This document shows positions 28,574-37,470 of a DNA stretch of 64,000 nt, piece by piece. Each line of letters starts with the position of its first letter. Position 1 is the first letter of the stretch. The notes below the pieces were generated by a model. That model saw only the letters and a list, made by a program, of their open reading frames with translations, had not been told where the DNA came from and made no database searches. Position numbers and translations under genes: made by a program. The DNA is from Planctomycetota bacterium (lineage in GTDB: Bacteria; Planctomycetota; GCA-002687715; DRQF01): the NCBI GenBank assembly GCA_036479435.1, contig JAZGFI010000113.1, positions 1 to 64,000 of the forward strand, written 5' to 3'.

Positions 28574-29440
28574 ATGAACCAAGACCACGACGGGGCGATT
28601 GACCCCACGCGTCCGCTCGACTTTCTGGGGTGTCCGGCCCATGAGATTCAAGATTGGGACGGCGCCCGACGAGAGCTCCTGGCTGCGGCTGGCGATCGCA
28701 ATCTGGCTGGTGCGTACCTTGCTGGCGCCGATCTGAGCGGAATCGACTTCAGCAGTTTCGACTTGCAACGCGCCGATCTCAGAAGAGCCCGGCTTAGTGG
28801 TGCGCGCTTGCAAGAAACCCGCCTTTTGCTGGCTGATCTTAGGCATTGCGATCTCAGTCGAACGGAAGGTGAATCGCTGGACCTGAAAGGTGCGAAACTA
28901 GCTGGAGCCAATCTTGAGTTGGCAGTGCTACCTGCGGCCGAGTTGGCCGAGGCCCAGGCGAATGGGGCCGTCTTTCGCTACGCACTCCTCGAGGGGCTGC
29001 ATGCGATGAACGCTAACTTGGAGGGAGCGACTTTTGAGGGAGCGAGCCTGCAGCGGTCTGACTTCAGTGGCGCTCAGCTTGAGGGAGCAAGCTTTCGTAA
29101 TGCTGATCTCAACTTCGTCGTCGCGGCAGAGACGTCTTGCCAAAAAGTTGACTTCCAAGATGCCTTCATGGCGCACGGTGATTTTAGCGATTGCGCCATG
29201 ATCGAAGTCAATTTTGGCGGCACAGACCTGAAGGAGACTCTTTTTTGTGGCTGTGATTTTCGCAAAAGCAGGTTCTACGCTGCCCTGGTACACGAGGCCT
29301 CGTTTGATCGCTGCGAATTCGAAGGAGCTGACTTCAAAGGCACCGAAGTCAACACGAAACGATTCAAGGCTTGCGACCTTTCTAAAGCAATCCTCCCCAA
29401 AGCAGATGCTGATCCAGGAAAATTTGATCTGAACGCATGA
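28574..29440 (+). CDS. Pentapeptide repeat protein
   Basis: Extensive A(D/N)LxG-type five-residue repeats. Confidence 0.92.
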   Translation: MNQDHDGAIDPTRPLDFLGCPAHEIQDWDGARRELLAAAGDRNLAGAYLAGADLSGIDFSSFDLQRADLRRARLSGARLQETRLLLADLRHCDLSRTEGESLDLKGAKLAGANLELAVLPAAELAEAQANGAVFRYALLEGLHAMNANLEGATFEGASLQRSDFSGAQLEGASFRNADLNFVVAAETSCQKVDFQDAFMAHGDFSDCAMIEVNFGGTDLKETLFCGCDFRKSRFYAALVHEASFDRCEFEGADFKGTEVNTKRFKACDLSKAILPKADADPGKFDLNA

Positions 29441-30222
29441 TGAAGCCCGCAGCCGAGGTTCTTCGACAAAAAGCGCCGCGCAACCTCAAGATCGTTCTCG
29501 AGTACGACGGCCGCGCGTATGTCGGATGGGAACGCCAAAAGAACGGGCCGGGAATTCAGACTCTGATAGAGGATGCCATTCAGAATATCACCCGTGAACG
29601 GACGACCGTCAATGGTTCCGGCCGCACCGACGCGGGGGTTCATGCACTCGGCCAGGTCGCGAGTTTTACCCTACAGAACAGAATCGGCAGCGCCGACCTC
29701 CATCGCGCACTCAATGCAGTGTTGCCAGATGATGTCGTCATCAAGACGCTTGAAGAAGTGAGCTTATTTTTTCATGCGCGATTTTCGGCGAAAAGTAAAA
29801 GCTACCGCTATCGCATCCTGAATTCGAGAATTGCTCGCCCGCTTGACCGTCATCTTTACTGGCAAGTGTTTCCCCCTCTGGATATTCCAAAAATGCAGGA
29901 GGCTGCGACGCTCATCGAAGGTCGTCGTGACTTCGCTGCTTTTTGCAAAGAACCTGGGCGCTACGATACTTGCGTTCGGGATCTCATGAAGCTGTCCGTC
30001 ACAAAAATTGATGACGACATCCTTGTTGAGGCTCGCGCCGATGGCTTTCTCTACAACATGGTGAGAATCCTAGTGGGGACGCTGGTTTACGTCGGCCTCG
30101 GAAAAATCGAGGCTTCTGGTATTGCCGAGATTTTCGAAAGTGGTGATCGAAATTTAACGGGTCCGACAGTTCCTGCATGCGGGTTGGCGCTTCACAGGGT
30201 ATTCTATGAGGTCGAGCGTTAG
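29437..30222 (+). CDS. truA: tRNA pseudouridine(38-40) synthase
   Basis: EYDG, GRTDAGVHA, FHARFSA and FLYNMVR motifs. Confidence 0.96.
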   Translation: MMKPAAEVLRQKAPRNLKIVLEYDGRAYVGWERQKNGPGIQTLIEDAIQNITRERTTVNGSGRTDAGVHALGQVASFTLQNRIGSADLHRALNAVLPDDVVIKTLEEVSLFFHARFSAKSKSYRYRILNSRIARPLDRHLYWQVFPPLDIPKMQEAATLIEGRRDFAAFCKEPGRYDTCVRDLMKLSVTKIDDDILVEARADGFLYNMVRILVGTLVYVGLGKIEASGIAEIFESGDRNLTGPTVPACGLALHRVFYEVER

Positions 30223-30368
30223 CCACATGCCGACGTCGAAGTTTGAACGGCCAATGGTTGTTGTCCTTCGACGCCAGTGTGGGCCGACACATTGTCAACC
30301 CGGTTGCCGGCGTCCCCTTTGATCACCGCCCATCGCGAATCCCAGGGGCTTCGGAGTTAGGAGTGCTC

Positions 30369-30674
30369 GTGGACCTTGTCATTAGCCGTCTTCACACCAA
30401 GTCAACTTTGCCCCATCTCAAAGCGCATATTGAGGAGAAACTCGAACGTCTTTCGAGGTGGATGGACCACCTGCACAAAGCCACGGTCATCCTCGATGAC
30501 GGTGGCCATCAACACAGCGTCGAGATCTGCGTTTCGGTTGACGGGGGACCACGGCTAGTGGGGCACGCCGAATCCGATGATTGGCTTGAAGCCGTCAACC
30601 AGGCGGAGTCGAAACTTGAAACTCAAATCAGGAGGTTTCAAGATCGCAGGCGTACCAAGTCGCGCGTTCACTGA
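30369..30674 (+). CDS. hpf: Ribosome hibernation promoting factor (HPF/RaiA), short form
   Basis: LKAHIEEKLERL...AVNQAESKLETQIRR; AGGAG RBS before GTG 30369. Confidence 0.85.
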   Translation: MDLVISRLHTKSTLPHLKAHIEEKLERLSRWMDHLHKATVILDDGGHQHSVEICVSVDGGPRLVGHAESDDWLEAVNQAESKLETQIRRFQDRRRTKSRVH

Positions 30675-30806
30675 GCTTCACCTCCTTGTGGCCAACGATG
30701 AGTTGGATCAGAGCGACGGCAGGGATGGGTCCTCGCCGTCGTTTTGCGCTCCGCGGCAATCCGTGGTCGAATTGCCGATTTGGCGCTGATTAACTACGCT
30801 ACGCAC

Positions 30807-31787
30807 ATGAGCAATCCGACCGCCAACAAGAAAGTGATAGCCATTGGCGGTGGCGCTGGCCTCCATGGCCTGCTTCAAGGCTTGATGGCCTACGATCTCG
30901 ACTTGACCGCCATCATCACGGTGGCAGACGATGGAGGTAGTTCGGGCCGAATCCGCAAGGACTTCAACATTCCACCTCCAGGCGACATTCGCCGTTGCCT
31001 CGTTGCGCTCTCAAAGGCAGATCCTCTTATTGCTGATCTCTTCGAGTATCGATTCAAAAAGGGATCATTAAAGGGACATAGTTTCGGCAACTTGTTCATT
31101 GCGGTATTGGCCGAGTTGTCGGGCGATTTTCGGCAAGCGCTCGAGCGCGCCCGTACTTTGCTGAGTGTCGATGGCGCCGTTATTCCCGCCACAGATGTCA
31201 AAGTCGTTCTCGTGGCGGATCACCCCGATGGCAGCAAGAGTACCGGTGAGCAGGCTATTTCGCGCTCCAGCAAGCCCATCCAGTCTTTGAGCCTCGTTCC
31301 TCGTCCTCCTAAAGTGTCGGCAGAGATCTGCGAAGCGATTGCTGCGGCCGATCTCATTTGCTTGGGCCCCGGCTCTCTTTATACGAGCATCATGCCCAAC
31401 CTCTTAGTCCCAGGTCTCGTTGCCGCGATCAACCGGGCTGACGCCAAGGTCTTGTTTGTGGCAAACCTCCTCACCCAACCCGGTGAAACGGATGATTTTG
31501 ATCTCGAGAGTCATCTGCGAGCCTTCGATAGACTTGAGCAACCTCTCCAGCTCGACGAAGTCATGATCCACGATGATGACATTGACTTGGCCACCAAGGA
31601 CACCGGTTACGGTGACTTGGCAAAAGTCGTGTTGCCGAGAATGTCGGCGACCAGGAAGGGCCCGCAACTCATACGGCGCCCCTTGGTTGCGTCGGGTCGC
31701 AAGGTTCGGCATGATCCCGCCAAGCTTGCTCGAGCTATCCGGGCGAGGCTGGTGGACGAGGAAACCGGGCGCGAGGCCACTCTTTGA
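30807..31787 (+). CDS. yvcK: YvcK/UPF0052 (GlmR-like) family protein
   Basis: GGGxGL, VADDGGSSG, PPGDIR, GHSFGNL and GPGSLYTSI motifs. Confidence 0.9.
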   Translation: MSNPTANKKVIAIGGGAGLHGLLQGLMAYDLDLTAIITVADDGGSSGRIRKDFNIPPPGDIRRCLVALSKADPLIADLFEYRFKKGSLKGHSFGNLFIAVLAELSGDFRQALERARTLLSVDGAVIPATDVKVVLVADHPDGSKSTGEQAISRSSKPIQSLSLVPRPPKVSAEICEAIAAADLICLGPGSLYTSIMPNLLVPGLVAAINRADAKVLFVANLLTQPGETDDFDLESHLRAFDRLEQPLQLDEVMIHDDDIDLATKDTGYGDLAKVVLPRMSATRKGPQLIRRPLVASGRKVRHDPAKLARAIRARLVDEETGREATL

Positions 31788-32074
31788 GCGCTAAGACCGC
31801 GGTTAAGATCGTCATGATCTGCAACGAGCAGGGTCTGCACGCGCGCCCTTCGTCGGCATTGATCAAGGTCGCGCAGGAATTCGAGTCGGCCATACTGATT
31901 CGAAACCTTAGCGCCGGAACTGAGGCCGATGGGAAATTTCTCCTTGAGGTGATGACGCTGGCCGCGGCCAAGGGCACCGAACTCGAAATCTCCGCAGAAG
32001 GCTGCGACGCCGACGATGCGGTCCTGGCCTTGGCCCAGCTCATTTCCGGTGGATTCGGAGAATTCGGATCCTAG
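31784..32074 (+). CDS. ptsH: HPr phosphocarrier protein
   Basis: GLHARP (His15); upstream of EI; Phe at the Ser46 position. Confidence 0.92.
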   Translation: MSAKTAVKIVMICNEQGLHARPSSALIKVAQEFESAILIRNLSAGTEADGKFLLEVMTLAAAKGTELEISAEGCDADDAVLALAQLISGGFGEFGS

Positions 32075-32138
32075 GGAGCAGGGCCGTAGTGGAAGACTCG
32101 GCAAGACAGGACCCTCGGCCCCGGAGCCCATAGCTCGC

Positions 32139-33851
32139 ATGCAAATCCTACACGGACAAAAAGTCTCGGACGGCATCGTGATTGGACGTGCGACCATCAT
32201 GACTTCTCACGAGGTCAAGGTGAAAGAGGCACGGGTTCAACCGAGCAAGATCAACACTGAGATCCGCAAGTTTCGCCGGGCCGTTGCGCGCACCGAGGGC
32301 GACATTCGCCAACTTCTTGAGGCCCACGATGAGAGCTTGGTCGATGTTCGTCAGATCATCGAAACCTCACTTCATTTTTTGAACGACGTGTTTTTGACGG
32401 GCGCTATCGAAGACAAGATTAAGAACGAGCAGTTCACGGCGGCATACGCTGTCAGTTGCACCATCGCGGAAATGGCAGAACGTCTGCAAGCGATCGACAA
32501 CCCGATATTCTCTAGCAAAGTCTCAGACATGATCGACTTAGAGCACCGCCTGTTGAATCACCTCGTTGGCGGGGGACTCGGTCAAATCCCGAAGCTGGAT
32601 AGACAATCCATCATCATTGCCGATGACATGACTCCCACGCAGGCCGCGTCCTTGGACCGAGAGAAGGTCCTGGCTTTTGCGACCGAAAGGGGGAGCTGGG
32701 CTTCCCACACGGCGATCTTGGCGCGAGCTCTCGGCATTCCGGCCGTCGTTGGCGTCCCCGGTGTTTCGACGGCGGCGACTTTGGGTTCAACGATCATTAT
32801 CGACGGCTTCGAGGGTATCGTGATCGTCGACCCCGACGCCAAAGAGATTGAGAAGTATCGAAGCCTCCGGCGCCGGATGCGACGTCGTTCTATTACGTCA
32901 ACTCAAACGCGAAACCTCAAGGCCGTCACCCTCGATGGTGAGCACTGCCGTTTGCTCGGCAACATCGAGACCAAAGCTGATGTGCCCCGTGTTCTTGAAT
33001 TCGGCGGCGACGGCGTCGGGTTGTTTCGAACGGAGTTCTTGTTTTTGGGCAAGTCGGCCAGCCTTAGCGAGGAACAGCAATTCGAGGTCTATCGAGAGGC
33101 TGCCATTGGCATGGAGGGGAAGCCTTTCACGATTCGCTCGATTGATTTCGGTGGCGACAAGTTTCACGGCCACAGCCAGCAAGACCGCGAGCCGAACCCG
33201 TTTATGGGAGAGCGCGCGATTCGCATCTCGCTTAGACAGCCGGAGTTCTTTCGAACTCAGCTTCGGGCCGTCCTGCGAGCGGCGCTCCACGGAGACGTCA
33301 AACTGATGTTTCCGATGATCATGGATGTTGGAGAGTTTCGCCGCGCCAAAAAGGAACTCGAAAAAGCCAAAGAAGAACTCGACGAACGCGGCGTCGAATA
33401 CCGTCGTGATATGCCGGTGGGCGTCATGATCGAGCTGCCATCGGCTGCCTTGTGTGCAGAGGATTTTGCGAAAGAAGTCGACTTCTTCAGCATTGGAACC
33501 AACGACTTGACGCAATACACCTTGGGCGTCGACCGCACGAACCACCGAGTTGCTTCGCTCTACGCTTCGCACCATCCTGCAGTCTTGAGGTTGATTCGCC
33601 TTATCGCCAAAGCTGCCGCGAATCGGAATCTCTCGGTCGGAGTTTGCGGCGAGATGGCCGGGGACCCCCTTTGTGTGCCCTTGCTCTTGGGTATGGGTAT
33701 CAATCGCTTCAGTGTTTCTGCGCCACAGATTCCCATCGTCAAAAAGAAACTGCGTTCACTCTACCTTTCGCACTGCATTCGACTGGCGAAGCAGGCGCAA
33801 CGCGCGAGTGATGCCGACGAAGTACTGAGGCTCATTGAGCGCGGCGTCTGA
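32139..33851 (+). CDS. ptsI: PTS enzyme I (PEP-protein phosphotransferase)
   Basis: SHTAILAR, GLFRTEF, EPNPFMG, SIGTNDLTQY and CGEMAG motifs. Confidence 0.96.
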   Translation: MQILHGQKVSDGIVIGRATIMTSHEVKVKEARVQPSKINTEIRKFRRAVARTEGDIRQLLEAHDESLVDVRQIIETSLHFLNDVFLTGAIEDKIKNEQFTAAYAVSCTIAEMAERLQAIDNPIFSSKVSDMIDLEHRLLNHLVGGGLGQIPKLDRQSIIIADDMTPTQAASLDREKVLAFATERGSWASHTAILARALGIPAVVGVPGVSTAATLGSTIIIDGFEGIVIVDPDAKEIEKYRSLRRRMRRRSITSTQTRNLKAVTLDGEHCRLLGNIETKADVPRVLEFGGDGVGLFRTEFLFLGKSASLSEEQQFEVYREAAIGMEGKPFTIRSIDFGGDKFHGHSQQDREPNPFMGERAIRISLRQPEFFRTQLRAVLRAALHGDVKLMFPMIMDVGEFRRAKKELEKAKEELDERGVEYRRDMPVGVMIELPSAALCAEDFAKEVDFFSIGTNDLTQYTLGVDRTNHRVASLYASHHPAVLRLIRLIAKAAANRNLSVGVCGEMAGDPLCVPLLLGMGINRFSVSAPQIPIVKKKLRSLYLSHCIRLAKQAQRASDADEVLRLIERGV

Positions 33852-34145
33852 TTTTTTTTTGATCTGACCTCGAGCCTCTGTACCCAGCTTGGGATCCGGC
33901 CTGGGTTTTTACCCAATCGTCGCAAGTAGCGCGCTTCACTCTCTTTTGTCTGCCCGCCTTCTGTCGTCACTCCGGCGGTTCCGCATTTTCATGCGGTCAT
34001 TCGACTTCGTCCCCGCCCTTTAACGCTGAAGATAGTCCCAGTGGGTTCATCCAGGTTAAAGCCGGTCGACAGTCCCTGACGATTGTCGTGTATCGCCGTG
34101 TACGGATTCTGTATGGGCCGGTCCGAGCCGGCAGGGGAGAGATTC

Positions 34146-35174
34146 ATGTTTCAAGGGAAGAGTGTTGTCGGTCTCGACATCGGCAACAGCGCTGTGAAAG
34201 CCATCGAGCTGACCAAGTCCGGCCAAAGTTATCGGGTCACTGGATACGCCCAGATTGACTTTCCCTCCGGTGAAATGGAGGCCAAAATCTCCGCTGTTTC
34301 GCAGTTGATGAAAGAGGCCGGATTCAGGTCAAAAAAGGTCTCCACGAACATCTCGGGGAAGACGGTCATCATTCGTTACCTCAACATGGTGGCGATGGAT
34401 GACGGCGAGTTGCGAAACGCCATCCGTTTTGAGGCGGAGAAGTTTGTCCCCGTTAGCCTGGACGAGTGCGTGCTAGATTGCCAGCGCCTCGAGGGGATCG
34501 ACGGCGATTCTCCCTCGGAATCCAACGTGGTGTTGGTCGCCGCCGAGAAGTCACTTCTGAACCAGCAGATTGCGATCGTTCAGAAAGCCGGCTACACACC
34601 CGAAGTGATCGACGTCGATGCGTTCGCGATTGGCAACGCCTACAAGCTCTTCGTCGAGCAGGCCGGCGATATCGACGGATCGTCACTGGGAGCCATGGCC
34701 TTTGTGGATGTTGGCGCGACCAAGACCACCGTCAACATCATGGTCTCAAGCTGCCCGGTCTTCACCCGCGAGATCTACCTTGGTGGTGCGGATATGACGG
34801 CATCGATTGCCCGTCAGCTTGGCCTCGATGAACCTCACGCCGAAGCGCTCAAACGCTGCCCTGGCGACAAGTTCGAGGAGGTCCAGAACGCGGTCTTCCC
34901 GACGCTGGACGACCTCGGCAATGAGCTTCAACTCTCATTCGACTACTTCGAGGGCCAAAATAACGCGAGCATCGAACGCGTGTTCGTTTCCGGCGGTGCG
35001 TCGCGAATGAGCTTCTTTTGCGAGTCGTTGTCGAAGATCTGTGAGAAGCCGGTCGAAGTGTTCAATCCCTTCACCGGAATTCAGGTCGATGATGACATCG
35101 ACCAAGAGCTGCTGGTCAGCGCCGGAACTCAGTTTGTCGTTGCCGTGGGACTCGCGGCTCGCATGGGACAATAA
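34146..35174 (+). CDS. pilM: Type IV pilus assembly protein PilM
   Basis: GLDIG actin-like fold, VDVGA and SGGASR; first gene of a pilMNOQ cluster. Confidence 0.93.
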   Translation: MFQGKSVVGLDIGNSAVKAIELTKSGQSYRVTGYAQIDFPSGEMEAKISAVSQLMKEAGFRSKKVSTNISGKTVIIRYLNMVAMDDGELRNAIRFEAEKFVPVSLDECVLDCQRLEGIDGDSPSESNVVLVAAEKSLLNQQIAIVQKAGYTPEVIDVDAFAIGNAYKLFVEQAGDIDGSSLGAMAFVDVGATKTTVNIMVSSCPVFTREIYLGGADMTASIARQLGLDEPHAEALKRCPGDKFEEVQNAVFPTLDDLGNELQLSFDYFEGQNNASIERVFVSGGASRMSFFCESLSKICEKPVEVFNPFTGIQVDDDIDQELLVSAGTQFVVAVGLAARMGQ

Positions 35175-35178
35175 GGCC

Positions 35179-35898
35179 ATGATGAAGATCAACCTACTTC
35201 CGAGTGAATACCGAAAGGCCGAACGGACGCCTTTCATTATTCTTCTGCCGATACTGGCGGGGCTCATCTGTGTGCTCTCAGCTGGTGCCGTCGCGGGCTA
35301 TGTCAAGTTTTCTTGGCGAGCTGAGGTGGAGGCCGAACGGGTCCAGCTACAAGGTCAGATGCGTCAGAAACAACCGCGCCTGAACTACAACGCTAGCCTC
35401 TTGAAAGAGGAAGCCGAGTACAAAAAACAGGCCGAGACCATCTCCAAGATCGCCTCCAGTCGCATCCTCATGACCAAAAAGCTCGATGAGCTTTGCAACT
35501 TGATTGCGGAAGGCGATGCCGGACAGCACGGGGGCTACATGGTTTGGGTCGAGCAGCTGAAGACCAAGCCGGCGAAGAGGAAGCGCGGCAGGAAGAAGAA
35601 GGGCCCTCAGCCCGCCGGTGAACTCAGCTTTAGCGGATATGTGTTGGCGAACAACGCACCGCTTCAGGACTTCAACCGCTTTCACCGTGCCATCAAAGAT
35701 AGTGAGATGTACCGCGAACAGTTTATGGGGATCAACGATCCGAAGGGTTCCGTAACGGAATTCACCGATGACAAGGTCCCCACTAAGGGCTGGAGTTTCG
35801 CGCTTAGCGCGGACATGACAGACCCTGCGGAAATCATGAAAACAAGAGCGAAAAAGCGACTCGAGGCGAAGAAGGAGGCCCGTCGCAAGCGCAAGTAA
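35179..35898 (+). CDS. pilN: Type IV pilus assembly protein PilN-like
   Basis: INLLP motif, TM helix and coiled coil; follows pilM. Confidence 0.85.
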   Translation: MMKINLLPSEYRKAERTPFIILLPILAGLICVLSAGAVAGYVKFSWRAEVEAERVQLQGQMRQKQPRLNYNASLLKEEAEYKKQAETISKIASSRILMTKKLDELCNLIAEGDAGQHGGYMVWVEQLKTKPAKRKRGRKKKGPQPAGELSFSGYVLANNAPLQDFNRFHRAIKDSEMYREQFMGINDPKGSVTEFTDDKVPTKGWSFALSADMTDPAEIMKTRAKKRLEAKKEARRKRK

Positions 35899-35921
35899 GC
35901 GCGGCGAAGGGGAGATTAGAC

Positions 35922-37358
35922 GTGATCAAGCTGAATCTAAATCGCAAGAAGAAGGCCTGGCTCATTGCCGGTGTGTCCTTTGTCATGGTCCTGGGTTGTG
36001 CGGGCGTCGTTTGGACGGACCACGGCGCAATCGAGGAAGAACAATCAAGAATCGGGAAGCTCAAGAGTGAGATTTTGAGTGCTGACGCGACGATCGCCAA
36101 GATCAAGACCGTCGAAGACCGAGTCTTGTCCGAGCGCGTTCGAGTCAAGGAGTACACCAAGATTCTCCCGCTCGACAAAGACATCAACAACTTCGTTGAT
36201 CGAATCACCGAGTTCGAAGCTGCGGCCAAGGTCGAGATTAGCACTCTTGACGACAAGAGCGCCCGCAACCGCAACAAGAAGAAGTCGAAGGATGCCTTCA
36301 TCCGCATCGGCTACAAGATGAACGTGACGGCGACCATCGGCCAGCTTCTCGAGTTCATGCACTTGTTCGAATCCTACGACCGTTTCGTCACGGTGAAGGA
36401 GTTCAACATCAAGGGTGCAAACCCCGTCGAACTCGCGGACGGCACGCTCATTCCCGCGCGACATGGCGTCGGACTGACGCTCGAGACCTACGTTTACAAA
36501 CCGACGAATGCGATGAAACAACCGGTCAAGATCGTCAATGCCGACGAGCGCATGTTGGGCATATCGGAATCGCTCGGACTCGCGAAGGGCCTGGAGTTGG
36601 ATGCTTACGCCTATGAGGAGCGCCCGAATCGCAGAGACCCCTTCTCGAATCCGCGCCATCTGATCGAAGAACAGACGGGTAGTGGCGAAGGTGCCGAGAT
36701 TGCCGAGCAAGAGGAAGTCCTCGACGAGCTCGTAACCGAATTCAACGCGATCCGGGAACAGCTCAAATCGGAAACGAAAGAGGAAGATCTCGTCGTCAAG
36801 TACGAGCTGTCGCGTCGACTGGATGCGCGCCTTGGAGAACTCCGAGATCGCGTCACCGCTTTGGACATTGACAAGTTCTTTAGCTCGCCCGAAGCCCGCC
36901 AACGCTACCGACGAGAAGTCGGCGATCCTTTGTCCGAATTGCTCAAAGAGCGACTCGGTGCCGACTTGGAGTTGATGCCTCTCGACGAAGTAAAGTCCCA
37001 GTATACTCGGATGCAAGACAGCTTCGACAAGGAGCAGTTCACCGATACGATCGCTTTGGGCCAGACACTCATGAAGTCTCGAGTCGAAGGTATGCCCGAC
37101 GAACTCAACGAGGCATTCGAAGAGGTCTTGGCGCTGATTGAGCGAGCTCAAATCCGAATCGACTTCGACCAGATCGAAATGGTGTTCAACGGCCTGGTCG
37201 TCCCCGGTGGTGACGAATCGAAGTCCATCGTGATTATCAACGGCCGTGCCTACAGTCCCGGTGATGAATATGCCGAAGGTTTGACTGTGAAGGAAGTTCG
37301 GTCGTCGGGCATTCGATTCCTCTATCGAGGGGAGAGGATCACCCGAACTCTCGACTGA
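35922..37358 (+). CDS. pilO: PilO with fused PilP-like C-terminal region
   Basis: TM, coiled coil, ILP and PilO ferredoxin-like core, then RRDPF and a C-terminal beta domain (IINGRAYSPGD). Confidence 0.78.
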   Translation: MIKLNLNRKKKAWLIAGVSFVMVLGCAGVVWTDHGAIEEEQSRIGKLKSEILSADATIAKIKTVEDRVLSERVRVKEYTKILPLDKDINNFVDRITEFEAAAKVEISTLDDKSARNRNKKKSKDAFIRIGYKMNVTATIGQLLEFMHLFESYDRFVTVKEFNIKGANPVELADGTLIPARHGVGLTLETYVYKPTNAMKQPVKIVNADERMLGISESLGLAKGLELDAYAYEERPNRRDPFSNPRHLIEEQTGSGEGAEIAEQEEVLDELVTEFNAIREQLKSETKEEDLVVKYELSRRLDARLGELRDRVTALDIDKFFSSPEARQRYRREVGDPLSELLKERLGADLELMPLDEVKSQYTRMQDSFDKEQFTDTIALGQTLMKSRVEGMPDELNEAFEEVLALIERAQIRIDFDQIEMVFNGLVVPGGDESKSIVIINGRAYSPGDEYAEGLTVKEVRSSGIRFLYRGERITRTLD

Positions 37359-37470
37359 TACGAGGCTGAGCTTCCTGGTCGATTCGCCGAATGCGGCGGT
37401 TCTCGTCGAATTTTGACGAAGCCGCCGTGTCGGCGTTTTGAAAGAAGAGGGAAACAGGAGGCTTCAAGCC

